A stretch of 64,000 nucleotides of DNA from contig CBDCUI010000007.1 of assembly GCA_965222615.1 (NCBI GenBank), positions 704,001-768,000 of the forward strand. Reading direction: 5' to 3'. Positions 18,171 to 28,029 of the stretch are shown here, piece by piece. This DNA is from Gammaproteobacteria bacterium (lineage in GTDB: Bacteria; Pseudomonadota; Gammaproteobacteria; UBA4575). The stretch's first letter is position 1. Every line of letters begins with the position of its first letter. Below the pieces are notes generated by a model. The model saw only the letters and a program-made list of their open reading frames with translations, had not been told where the DNA came from and made no database searches. A program made the translations under genes and the position numbers.

Positions 18171-19475
18171 TTAGCTCTCTTGAATTTGTGTTGCACTGAT
18201 TGGAGTGTAGCGTCTTTCTTGGCCAAGCATATCTCGACTGACAAAAACAACCCCTTGGGGGGTTATATGAAACCGTTCTGCATCATTCTTGGGGTCTTCT
18301 CCAATAATTGTTCCAGGTGGAATTTCACATCCATTATCTATAACCACTTTTCGCAAACGAGAGTTTTCACCGATTACGCATCCAGGCAAGGCCAACACCT
18401 CATTTAAATCACAATGTTTATTTACTTTTACGTTAGAGAAGAGCAGAGACTTTTTCAGGTTGGATTCAACTACGACACAACCGCCGCTCACCATTGTATC
18501 GCTCTCCATTCCAAAATTACTCTTACCAGCACCTATAAATTTAGCAGGTGGTAATTGTTCTTGATAGGTAAAAATCCGCCAACTTGAGTTATATAAATCG
18601 AATGCAGGAGGATGGACGAGTATTTCCATATGCGCACTATGATAGGCGTCAATAGTTCCAATATCTCTCCAGTAAGCATTCTTGCCTGCAACCTGATCAC
18701 TAAAGGGATAAGCAAATATACGATGATCATTTTTGACTGCATGAGGAATTAGGTCCATTCCAAAATCGTGCTTGGAATTTTCAAGTTCCGTATCTCGTTG
18801 TAGCTGTTCATCAAGATACTCATATGAAAATATATATATCCCCATACTAGCTAAGGCATGTTCAGGATCATTTGGTAAAGAGGTCGGCTGTTCTGGTTTT
18901 TCCTGAAAATCGGCGATTTGAAATTCATCGTTAATGCTCATCACACCAAAACTTTTAGCTTCTGTAATCGTTACAGGCATACATGCTACTGTTACGTCAG
19001 CATCGTGCTGTACATGTGCTGCGAGCATTTCACCATAATCCATTTGATACACATGATCTCCTGCTAGAATCAGTGCATATTTAGGCGAGTGACTTTTAAT
19101 TATATCGAGGCTTTGGAATACCGCATCCGCTGTCCCTTCAAACCAGGTATCTTCCTCTACCCATTGTTGTGCAGGGATCAATTCCACAAAATCGCCCATT
19201 TCCATGTTCAGCATATTCCATCCAAGCATGATATGCCGCATTAAAGAGTGAGATTTATATTGTGTGAGTACACAAATTTTGCGTATCCCTGAATTGAGGC
19301 AGTTGGAAAGAGGGAAGTCAATTATTCGGAATTTGCCACCAAATGGCACAGCAGGTTTTGCACGCCAATCCGTTAACATTTCCAGTCGCGAGCCACGTCC
19401 TCCTGCAAGCACAATCGCCATAGTTTGATTCGTCAGTCGACTAACGAAACGAGCCGAAGAGTTTTCAGTGCTCAT
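18171..19475 (-). CDS. glgC: Glucose-1-phosphate adenylyltransferase (ADP-glucose pyrophosphorylase)
   Basis: LAGGRGSRL, RAKPAVPFGGKFRIIDF, GTADAV, FQEKP, YWRDIGT. Confidence 0.96.
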   Translation of the reverse strand: MSTENSSARFVSRLTNQTMAIVLAGGRGSRLEMLTDWRAKPAVPFGGKFRIIDFPLSNCLNSGIRKICVLTQYKSHSLMRHIMLGWNMLNMEMGDFVELIPAQQWVEEDTWFEGTADAVFQSLDIIKSHSPKYALILAGDHVYQMDYGEMLAAHVQHDADVTVACMPVTITEAKSFGVMSINDEFQIADFQEKPEQPTSLPNDPEHALASMGIYIFSYEYLDEQLQRDTELENSKHDFGMDLIPHAVKNDHRIFAYPFSDQVAGKNAYWRDIGTIDAYHSAHMEILVHPPAFDLYNSSWRIFTYQEQLPPAKFIGAGKSNFGMESDTMVSGGCVVVESNLKKSLLFSNVKVNKHCDLNEVLALPGCVIGENSRLRKVVIDNGCEIPPGTIIGEDPKNDAERFHITPQGVVFVSRDMLGQERRYTPISATQIQES

Positions 19476-19722
19476 ATAGACATCAAGTAAGATTCTTTTT
19501 AAATTTTATCGACAACAACCTTAGTGTCTAATTGTTACTCATTGTTGGCAAATAAGCTAATTTCAATTAAATCTAAATCCTATAAGATTTAATGCCTGCT
19601 TTGGGACGTCAGTGTCCATTGAAACAGAATTTATTTTTAATAATGCAGTTGCTGAAAGAATGGTGAAAATAACGCTATGTAAAATATAGCGAATTTGAGT
19701 AACAGTAACTAATTGTTTTTAT

Positions 19723-19799
19723 TGGTGGGCCCGGTAGGACTCGAACCTACGACCAAAGGATTATGAGTCCTCTGCTCTAACCAACTGAGCTACAGGCCC
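19723..19799 (-). tRNA. tRNA with CAT anticodon, most likely tRNA-Ile2 (lysidine-modified)
   Basis: GGGCCTGTAGCTCAGTTGGTTAGAGCAGAGGACTCATAATCCTTTGGTCGTAGGTTCGAGTCCTACCGGGCCCACCA folds as a cloverleaf with CCA. CTCATAA loop. Position after rpoD is typical of ileX. Confidence 0.93.
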
Positions 19800-19828
19800 A
19801 ATAAATTGCTAAGTGGAATAATAGAATT

Positions 19829-21661
19829 TTATTCTATTTCAAGAAAGCTGCGTAATTGTTCTGAACGGCTTGGGTGGCGAAGTTTACGTAATGCCTTGGC
19901 CTCGATTTGCCGTATTCGCTCTCGTGTTACATCAAATTGTTTGCCGACTTCTTCTAAGGTGTGATCGGTATTCATATCAATACCAAAGCGCATGCGTAAC
20001 ACCTTTGCCTCACGCGGTGTCAGCGAAGCCAAAATCTCACGAGTGGCCTCACCTAGTCCTTCAGAAGATGCAGAATCCACCGGAGACTCAATGGTTGCAT
20101 CTTCGATAAAATCACCTAGATGGGAATCTTCATCGTCGCCAATAGGGGTTTCCATAGATATAGGTTCTTTAGCAATCTTTAATACCTTGCGCACTTTATC
20201 TTCTGGCATCTCCATGCGCTCTGCCAGTTCTTCAGGAGTCGGTTCGCGTCCCATCTCTTGTAACATTTGTCGAGAAATTCGATTGAGTTTATTGATGGTT
20301 TCGATCATATGTACCGGGATACGAATGGTTCTTGCCTGATCGGCGATCGAGCGGGTAATGGCTTGGCGAATCCACCAGGTTGCATAAGTCGAAAATTTAT
20401 AGCCGCGGCGGTATTCGAATTTATCAACCGCTTTCATTAAGCCAATATTGCCTTCTTGTATGAGGTCCAAGAATTGTAGGCCACGATTGGTATACTTTTT
20501 AGCAATAGAAATCACCAGGCGTAAATTCGCTTCCACCATCTCTTTTTTAGCTCGGCGTGCCTTTGCTTCGCCAATAGACATGCGCCGATTGATGTCCTTA
20601 ATCTCACGTATACTAAGCCCAGTTTCATCTTCAATAGTTACGAGCTTTTCCTGCTCTTTTTGAATTTCCATTTCTAATTCTGCAATTGCTTGCGAGTACT
20701 TAGCTTTTGACTGTGCGTGCATCGATACCCAACTGATATCCGTTTCATGGTCAGCAAATGTCTCAATAAATTTCGAGCGTGGCATTTTTGCATCGTGAAT
20801 ACAGAGTTGCATGATATTGCGTTCATGAGAGCGAATTCGATTCATCATTCCACGAAGCTCTCGAGTTAAAATATCAACAATCTTTGGCACTAGTTTCACC
20901 ATAGTGAATTCTTCCGCTAGTGTTTCGCGTGCTTTAGCAAGTTTTTTAGGGTCGCTATTTACACTTGAGCTGGATAGTTTTGTATATAGTTTTTCTAGTT
21001 TCTTAAAATATGCACGTGTTTCTTCAGGATCAGGACCTGTATCCAGTTCTTCTTCGCTATCACTATCTTCTTCGTCTTCACTATCACTTTCCATGTTACT
21101 GGCTTGGTTAATTTGGGTCGCGGGAGGAGGGATAGCATCAGTATCTTCATCAGGGTCAACAAAGCCGGTAATTAAATCTGTTAAACGTAGATCTTCTGAC
21201 TCAACTTTTGCATAGAAAAATAATAGTTTTTCTATGGTGGCTGGGTAATGACCAATGGCGAATAGTACTTGCCGCAAACCATCTTCAATGCGTTTAGCAA
21301 TCTTGATTTCACCTTCTCTTGTTAATAGATTAACAATCCCCATTTCTCGCATGTACATGCGTACTGGATCAGTAGTGCGACCAAATTCACTGTCAACCGT
21401 TGCTAAAGCCGCCGCTGCCTCCTCGGCAACCTCATCATCATCCGTTGCCGCATTATCCGAGAGCAATAAACTATCAGTATCCGGCGCCTGTTCATGCACG
21501 GTAATACCCATATCGTTGATCATGCTAACGATATCTTCTATTTGTTCAGGATCGACAATACCGCTAGGTAAATGATCGTTTACCTCAGCATAAGTAAGAA
21601 ATCCTTGTTCCTTTCCTTTGGCAATGAGTTGTTTAATGCTGGATTGTTGATCTTCGTCCAT
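19829..21661 (-). CDS. rpoD: RNA polymerase sigma-70 factor
   Basis: Region 1.1, [43 protein letters not shown], region 4 HTH. Confidence 0.99.
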   Translation of the reverse strand: MDEDQQSSIKQLIAKGKEQGFLTYAEVNDHLPSGIVDPEQIEDIVSMINDMGITVHEQAPDTDSLLLSDNAATDDDEVAEEAAAALATVDSEFGRTTDPVRMYMREMGIVNLLTREGEIKIAKRIEDGLRQVLFAIGHYPATIEKLLFFYAKVESEDLRLTDLITGFVDPDEDTDAIPPPATQINQASNMESDSEDEEDSDSEEELDTGPDPEETRAYFKKLEKLYTKLSSSSVNSDPKKLAKARETLAEEFTMVKLVPKIVDILTRELRGMMNRIRSHERNIMQLCIHDAKMPRSKFIETFADHETDISWVSMHAQSKAKYSQAIAELEMEIQKEQEKLVTIEDETGLSIREIKDINRRMSIGEAKARRAKKEMVEANLRLVISIAKKYTNRGLQFLDLIQEGNIGLMKAVDKFEYRRGYKFSTYATWWIRQAITRSIADQARTIRIPVHMIETINKLNRISRQMLQEMGREPTPEELAERMEMPEDKVRKVLKIAKEPISMETPIGDDEDSHLGDFIEDATIESPVDSASSEGLGEATREILASLTPREAKVLRMRFGIDMNTDHTLEEVGKQFDVTRERIRQIEAKALRKLRHPSRSEQLRSFLEIE

Positions 21662-21735
21662 TTAGTACAGACCTCGTGTGAGGGAATTCAGCGAACCGGC
21701 GAGTATATCAGATAATACTGATATAGGTAGCTTGT

Positions 21736-23448
21736 TTAAGATGCCTTTTGGTGCAGTAAGTTCCTAAATTCTTGCCTTTCGTCATCCGTCAAACCATCGG
21801 TAGTCTCTTTATCAATGAGTTCCTGTACTCGTTGATTGTGAGATTTGCGTTGAACCCAGGCCAGAGCATCTTCAAAGGTACGTTTTGGATCATCCAACTC
21901 AGGCGGATTCCAGGCCATTAGCTTTTGTAATTGTGTCTCTTCAGCTTGGCCGCGAAAGCGCTCCAATAGTGCGGCGGGCTTTAAATCTGGTTCTTGTTTC
22001 AAGGCCTGAATGATTTTAGCCAATAGCGCGACACCAGGTATAGCAGATTTCTCTAACGTCGCCATAGAGTGAGTATTCATTGCAAGCGAAGGTTCGTGCA
22101 ATAAGGCAGCGATAGCGAGTCGCACAGGAGTGGCTTTATTAATTACCGACTTTTTAGCACCAGACTTATGTAAAACTTTAGTAGATGCTGCAAAATGAAT
22201 TTGAATTCCAACTTTTTTTTCTAACTCTTCTAGGACTAATTTTTTATACACACCATCAGGAAATTTCTCTATGATAGGTCTTACGGTCTGTACGAACCTA
22301 GCCTTTCCTGCAGGAGTTCGAATATCGATATTTTCTACCAGTTTATTGAAGATAAAAGTTGCTAAAGACTCACCTTCGTTAACATATTGTAGAAATATTT
22401 CTTTACCACGAGAGCGAATCAAGCTGTCTGGGTCTTCACCTTGTGGTAAAAATAAAAACTTTGCTTCACAGCCGTCCTTAAATAATGGAATCGTTTGTTG
22501 TGCTGCACGCCATGCAGCATCGCGACCGGCTCGGTCTCCGTCAAAGCAAAATACTATTTCTTGTGTATAACGATACAGTTGCTGTATATGTTGAGATGTG
22601 GTGGCCGTGCCCAATGTGGCCACAACATTTTCAATACCATGCTGTGCTAAGGCCACGACATCCATATAGCCTTCCACAACGATTATAAAATGAGCAGTGT
22701 CTTTTATTTTACGTGCTTCATATAAACCATATAAGGCTTCACTTTTATGAAACGCGGGAGTTTCAGGGGAATTTAAATACTTTGGTACTTCATCACCTAA
22801 TACTCTTCCACCAAATCCAATTATACGTCCACGGCGATCTTTTATTGGGAAAATTATACGGTTTCTAAAACGATCGTAAGTGTTGCCTTTGTCGTTCTTT
22901 TTAATTAATCCAATTTTAATGAGCTGCTCCTCGGTTGCGGCATTTTCAAACTGAGTTAGCAAATTATCGAAACCATCAGGAGCAAACCCTAATCCAAATT
23001 TTGCGGCGACTTCACCACTCACACCACGCGCTTTGAGATAATCAATAGCAGCCTGGTGTTCACGCAACATCTTTTGGTAATAACTATTTGCTTGTTCGAG
23101 AAGAACGAATAACTCTTGATGTTTGTTATAACTGGTAGCAGTTTCATCTCGGGGGATTTCAAGACCTAAGGTCTGAGCAAGGGTTTCAACTGCTTCAATA
23201 AAGTCGAGGTGCTCATATTCCATTAAGAAACCTAGCGCGGTGCCATGCGCACCACAACCAAAGCAATGGTAAAACTGTTTATCCGGACTTACAGTAAAAG
23301 AAGGTGTTTTTTCATCGTGAAATGGGCAACAAGCCATATATTCTTTGCCCTTTTTGGTTAATGAAACGTAGCCATTTATTAGTTCGACAATATCAGTGCG
23401 CGTGATGAGCTCGTCGATGAATGTTTGCGGAATTCTTGTTGGCACCAA
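21736..23448 (-). CDS. dnaG: DNA primase
   Basis: CHC2 zinc finger CPFHDEKTPSF..CFGCG, KYLNSPET, TOPRIM VEGYMDV and FDGD. Confidence 0.98.
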   Translation of the reverse strand: MVPTRIPQTFIDELITRTDIVELINGYVSLTKKGKEYMACCPFHDEKTPSFTVSPDKQFYHCFGCGAHGTALGFLMEYEHLDFIEAVETLAQTLGLEIPRDETATSYNKHQELFVLLEQANSYYQKMLREHQAAIDYLKARGVSGEVAAKFGLGFAPDGFDNLLTQFENAATEEQLIKIGLIKKNDKGNTYDRFRNRIIFPIKDRRGRIIGFGGRVLGDEVPKYLNSPETPAFHKSEALYGLYEARKIKDTAHFIIVVEGYMDVVALAQHGIENVVATLGTATTSQHIQQLYRYTQEIVFCFDGDRAGRDAAWRAAQQTIPLFKDGCEAKFLFLPQGEDPDSLIRSRGKEIFLQYVNEGESLATFIFNKLVENIDIRTPAGKARFVQTVRPIIEKFPDGVYKKLVLEELEKKVGIQIHFAASTKVLHKSGAKKSVINKATPVRLAIAALLHEPSLAMNTHSMATLEKSAIPGVALLAKIIQALKQEPDLKPAALLERFRGQAEETQLQKLMAWNPPELDDPKRTFEDALAWVQRKSHNQRVQELIDKETTDGLTDDERQEFRNLLHQKAS

Positions 23449-23560
23449 GCACCTTTAGTAAATCTTTGTACGGACCAATCAGTATAGGGTCCAAGTATGC
23501 GGCATTCAATGCCGCAGTTTTTCGAACTACACTAATGAAAAAGCGTTACTTAAAATGTGT

Positions 23561-25090
23561 TTATTGGCGAAGAAGTTGTTGAATTTTGTCAATTTGCAGT
23601 GGGTAGGGTTTATTTTTTACTATATTAGAAGGCAGTTTTTCGATTGCTGCAAGGGCTTCATCGCGTGTGGGATATAGTCCGTACACTAATATATACCACT
23701 GCTTTTCTTGGCTTGATTTAACATAGTATGCAGTTTGCTGGTCTGCAAAATTCTTTTTGGCAAATGCCGATAAGTTTTCTTGACTAGGGGATGCCACAAT
23801 TTGCACAGTGTAAGCATCAGGGTTTTGCTCGAGTAACCAAGCGGGTGGAAATGGAGGTGTCTGTTCCATACTTTCGTCAGCTTTTTCGGTCTCAGCAATT
23901 TTCTCAGTTGCGACTACTTTTTCAGTCACAACACTTTCTTTTGGCTTTTCTGATGCAGTTGGCGGTTCAATCTCTAGCGGGCCAAGTACTAATGGCGCAA
24001 CATAAGGTTTTTGTACTTTTTTAGGTTTAGGCTCATCGCTTGATGCGCGGTCTTCTTCGACAATTGGCGGATCTTCGACCTGTTTTGGTTCAGCTGTAGC
24101 TTGGTTTTCTGGTTGATTTAGTTCAGGCTTGCCGATTTCAAGTTCGACCGATGTTTGCGGTTGTTTGAAAAATGTGCCAATTAAAAATGCAATACCGACT
24201 AAACCAGCCAAAATTAAACCTAAGCGTGTAAATGGCGATAATCCAGAACGATGTGATTGTTCTGCACGACGAGAATCTTGTTGGCAGCGTTTAGTAAGTG
24301 CCTCACGCGCTAGTGAATTGATTACTCTAGGCAAGCCTTGAGATTTGTTGTGAAACTCTTGAATCTGTTCTTGAGGAAATAGATCAAAATTATCTGCACC
24401 GGCTTTTTTTAGACGAAAGTTTATGTACTGTTCACATTGTGCCACATCAAATGCACGCGTATTGATTTGATATATATGTGATGCAGCAGGATTAGTTTGT
24501 TCTAGCTCAGTGAGTTTTGTTTGGATACTTGGTTCAGCTGCTAAGACCAGACCTAATGTCTGTGGGGATTGTAGGCCTACTCGATGTTTTAATTGCAATA
24601 GGGAATCAAGCTCGTGAGTTCTTAAGCGATGTGCATCATCAATAATGATGACAGGGAATTTGTCAGTTTCGATGTATTTTTTTACATGTTCATCTGTTGC
24701 GATGTTTTCCTCAGTATCATTTCCAGGGATTCGCCAGCGGTCTTTTATTTTTTGTTCTATATGTGCAAAAGTCGTGCTAGATTTTGCCCGCAATGTACAA
24801 AAGTTAAAGTGTTGGTAACCTTTTCTTAAAAGAATGCGTAATAAGGTTGTTTTGCCTACACCTATTTCACCCAATAATGCCAGAGTAGAATTTTGGTTCT
24901 GCAAGTAGTCCACTAATACATTTACTGACATCTCAAGCTGCTGATCGATAAAAAGAAATGGATCTCTGGCATGATCGATAAACGGATTTTCATCTAAGCC
25001 CAACTTTTCCAGACATTCTACCGATAAAAAACCGGTGTCCAAATCAGAAATGGCATCGGGGCTGTAACTATTATCAAATGATTCTTGCAT
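23561..25090 (-). CDS. ExeA-like AAA ATPase fused to TM, Pro-rich linker and SPOR domain (DamX-like)
   Basis: Walker [10 protein letters not shown], Walker B IIIDDAH, C-terminal [12 protein letters not shown]...[10 protein letters not shown]. Conserved position after aroB/dgt. Start uncertain (25090 or 25120). Confidence 0.8.
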   Translation of the reverse strand: MQESFDNSYSPDAISDLDTGFLSVECLEKLGLDENPFIDHARDPFLFIDQQLEMSVNVLVDYLQNQNSTLALLGEIGVGKTTLLRILLRKGYQHFNFCTLRAKSSTTFAHIEQKIKDRWRIPGNDTEENIATDEHVKKYIETDKFPVIIIDDAHRLRTHELDSLLQLKHRVGLQSPQTLGLVLAAEPSIQTKLTELEQTNPAASHIYQINTRAFDVAQCEQYINFRLKKAGADNFDLFPQEQIQEFHNKSQGLPRVINSLAREALTKRCQQDSRRAEQSHRSGLSPFTRLGLILAGLVGIAFLIGTFFKQPQTSVELEIGKPELNQPENQATAEPKQVEDPPIVEEDRASSDEPKPKKVQKPYVAPLVLGPLEIEPPTASEKPKESVVTEKVVATEKIAETEKADESMEQTPPFPPAWLLEQNPDAYTVQIVASPSQENLSAFAKKNFADQQTAYYVKSSQEKQWYILVYGLYPTRDEALAAIEKLPSNIVKNKPYPLQIDKIQQLLRQ

Positions 25091-26264
25091 TAAAAATACG
25101 CTCGTGTTCCGCAATCGCAAATCGATCCGTCATCCCTGCAATATAGTCAGAAACTATTCGTGCTCGTCCGCTATCACCATGTTTTTTCTGAGCACTTGCC
25201 ACCTGTTCGCGATACTTATCAGGCAATAAAGGTACGTCTTGATAAAATGCAGTATATAAGTCAAAAATAATTTTGCTTGCCTTGTTACTCATTCGATGTA
25301 CGCGATAATGCTGGTACAAATTTTTGTGTAAGAAAGATTTTAATTCACGATTTTTTGATCGCATGGATTCACTGAATTGAATGAGTGGTTTATCAGAAGA
25401 ACGTACATCATCTATTGAATTAGGCTGCTCATTTAAAATCGTCTTTTGACTTTCATCAACTAAGTCTGTAACTAAATCATTAATTATTCGACGAATAGTT
25501 TCATATATCTTTCTACGTTCACCGATATCTGGATATTCACTAGAAGTCCTTTGAAAATGTTCTCTAAATAGTTCGGTTTGGTCTAATTGTTTAGTGGATA
25601 TTAATCCAGCACGTAGTCCATCATCAATATCGTGATTATTATAAGCGATTTCGTCAGCGATGTTAGTAAGCTGAGCTTCTAGACTAGGTTGTGTGCGTTG
25701 TAAAAAACGCCTGCCTAATGCGCCTAATTGTTTTGCATTTTTTTTAGAGCAATGTTTTAAAATACCTTCCCTTGTCTCAAAAGTTAAATTTAAACCAGCA
25801 TGGCGTGGATATTTAAGTTCTAGTTTATCCACTACTCGTAAAGATTGTAAGTTGTGTTCAAAACCTCCATGTTCGCGCATACATTCGTTTAACGCATCTT
25901 GGCCAGCATGTCCAAAAGGTGTATGACCTAAGTCATGGGCTAATGCAATGGCTTCACATAGGTCTTGATTAAGTTCTAGTGCACGTGCAATTGCGCGCGC
26001 AATTTGTGAGACTTCAATCGAGTGGGTAAGCCGTGTGCGAAAAAGATCTCCTTCATGATTTACAAATACTTGTGTTTTATATTCTAGTCGGCGAAACGCG
26101 GTGCAATGAATAATTCGTTCTCGATCGCGTTGGAATTCTCCACGATTGGGCGCTTTAGATTCAGGATAAACTCTTCCCTTAGATAAAGCATCCTGGGCTG
26201 CATAGGATGCAAGTATGAACTGCGAAGAGCCATAATCAGTTTTTGGAATTGTGACTGCGCTCAT
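25074..26264 (-). CDS. dgt: dGTP triphosphohydrolase
   Basis: [41 protein letters not shown]. Confidence 0.95.
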   Translation of the reverse strand: MSAVTIPKTDYGSSQFILASYAAQDALSKGRVYPESKAPNRGEFQRDRERIIHCTAFRRLEYKTQVFVNHEGDLFRTRLTHSIEVSQIARAIARALELNQDLCEAIALAHDLGHTPFGHAGQDALNECMREHGGFEHNLQSLRVVDKLELKYPRHAGLNLTFETREGILKHCSKKNAKQLGALGRRFLQRTQPSLEAQLTNIADEIAYNNHDIDDGLRAGLISTKQLDQTELFREHFQRTSSEYPDIGERRKIYETIRRIINDLVTDLVDESQKTILNEQPNSIDDVRSSDKPLIQFSESMRSKNRELKSFLHKNLYQHYRVHRMSNKASKIIFDLYTAFYQDVPLLPDKYREQVASAQKKHGDSGRARIVSDYIAGMTDRFAIAEHERIFNARII

Positions 26265-26268
26265 GGGG

Positions 26269-27357
26269 TTATGCGTTAAAAAATTCCTGTAAAGTATCTT
26301 CTAATAAAGTGGCAGGAAAATCAGCTGTTAATATGGCATTGCCTATATTTTTAAGCAAAATTAGATAAAGATTGCCAGCACGTGATTTTTTGTCTATCGA
26401 CATTATTTTTAGATATTCGTTGGGTTGGATAGTTGCAGGTGCTTGAGTAGGCAATTTAGCGGATTTCAATATGCTTTTGATTCTTGAGTAGTCCTCTTGG
26501 TTTAGCCACTTAAGGTTAACGGATAAGTTGGCTGCCATGAGCATGCCACAAGCTACCGCTTCTCCATGTAGCCATGTTCCATAGCCGGTGGCAGTTTCAA
26601 TAGCGTGGCCAAAGGTGTGTCCATAGTTTAATAAAGCGCGTTTGCCAGTTTTTTCTAATTCGTCTTCGGCTACAATTCGTGCTTTATTCTCGCATGAACG
26701 ACACACTGCTTCGGTGAGAACCTTTGGCTCACGTGCTAACAGCTTTGCAATATTTTTTTCTAACCAAGCAAAAAACTCGGTATCACAAATTAGCCCGTAT
26801 TTAATAATTTCTGCAATGCCAGCGCTTAATTCACGGTCATCAAGTGTATTTAGCGTAGTCAAATCTGCAATGACACATTGTGGTTGATAAAAAGCGCCAA
26901 TCATGTTTTTACCTAATGCATGGTTCACGCCAGTTTTCCCGCCTACGGAAGAATCTACTTGCGCAAGTAAGGTCGTGGGGATCTGGATAAAATTTACCCC
27001 CCGTTGATAAGTGGCTGCGGCAAACCCAGTGATGTCTCCAATAACACCTCCGCCTAAAGCTATCAATGTAGTATCTCGGTTACAGCGATTTTCCAATAAG
27101 GCGCTGTAAATCATGTTCATTGTAGTTAATGATTTTTGCGTTTCTCCATCGGGTAGAATAATTTGGTGAACTTTGTATTCAGTAAGGTTTTGTAAAATAC
27201 TTTCTAGATATAAAGGCGCGACTTTTTCATTGCTAACAATAAATACACTATCGCCACAAATATGATTCTGCAGATAATGTGACTTTGTAAGTAGTTTTTC
27301 GCCTATATAGATTGGGTAACTACGTTTACCCAATTGTACTTCAAATGTAGTCATCAT
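26269..27357 (-). CDS. aroB: 3-dehydroquinate synthase
   Basis: [40 protein letters not shown]. Confidence 0.98.
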   Translation of the reverse strand: MMTTFEVQLGKRSYPIYIGEKLLTKSHYLQNHICGDSVFIVSNEKVAPLYLESILQNLTEYKVHQIILPDGETQKSLTTMNMIYSALLENRCNRDTTLIALGGGVIGDITGFAAATYQRGVNFIQIPTTLLAQVDSSVGGKTGVNHALGKNMIGAFYQPQCVIADLTTLNTLDDRELSAGIAEIIKYGLICDTEFFAWLEKNIAKLLAREPKVLTEAVCRSCENKARIVAEDELEKTGKRALLNYGHTFGHAIETATGYGTWLHGEAVACGMLMAANLSVNLKWLNQEDYSRIKSILKSAKLPTQAPATIQPNEYLKIMSIDKKSRAGNLYLILLKNIGNAILTADFPATLLEDTLQEFFNA

Positions 27358-27389
27358 GAATAATAAGACATTAAAAAGTATGTTTTGTA

Positions 27390-27911
27390 TTAGTCACTAT
27401 TTCTTTCTAAATACTTTAAAATTTGATTAACCGTCCAGTTTGTAGTGTGTCGGTCTGTTTTGATCACATAGTCAGCGACTTTTTTATACAGTGGTTCTCT
27501 TTGTTGTAATAACGCTTGAAGTGTTTGAGATCTATCCGCTACGTTAAGTAAAGGTCGCCTAGAGTCGTCTTTTGTCCGCTTAACAAGTGATTCAACTGTG
27601 GCTTGTAAATAAAATACAGTGCCACTTGAGGAAAGTAGTTCTCTAGTGGTTTCAGAAAGAATTGCGCCCCCACCTGTGGCAAGTACAATATTTTCTAACT
27701 GACATAATTCCTTAATAGCTTTTTCTTCACGTAAGCGGAAGCCCTTTTCGCCTTCGTATTCAAATACGGTGGGTATATCAACACCGGTTTTTTCTTCGAT
27801 TACTTTATCACTGTCGTAAAATTTAATTTTCAATCTTTTCGCCAGTCTGCGACCAACTGTGGATTTTCCAGCGCCCATTGCACCAATGAGAATAATATTA
27901 GTTGCTATCAC
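27390..27911 (-). CDS. aroK: Shikimate kinase
   Basis: GAMGAGKST, GEKGFR, ATGGG, RPLL. Confidence 0.96.
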   Translation of the reverse strand: MIATNIILIGAMGAGKSTVGRRLAKRLKIKFYDSDKVIEEKTGVDIPTVFEYEGEKGFRLREEKAIKELCQLENIVLATGGGAILSETTRELLSSSGTVFYLQATVESLVKRTKDDSRRPLLNVADRSQTLQALLQQREPLYKKVADYVIKTDRHTTNWTVNQILKYLERNSD

Positions 27912-27975
27912 AACATAAACATATGTGAGTTAAGAAATCTATGAGCAATTTTAATTCTGGTGTGAGTATAGACCA

Positions 27976-28016
27976 AAATAAAAAAGCCCTCGCGTGAAAG
28001 AGGGCTTTTTTTATTT
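27976..28016. terminator. Rho-independent terminator after pilQ (A-tract/T-tract, potentially bidirectional)
   Basis: AAAAAGCCCTC-gcgtgaaa-GAGGGCTTTTT hairpin just after the pilQ stop. Confidence 0.85.
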
Positions 28017-28029
28017 AGATTACGTTTGC

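Noticed and set aside
19476-19799. Active integrative element at the tRNA
   Set aside because: No integrase, and no duplicate of the tRNA 3' end seen in the window.
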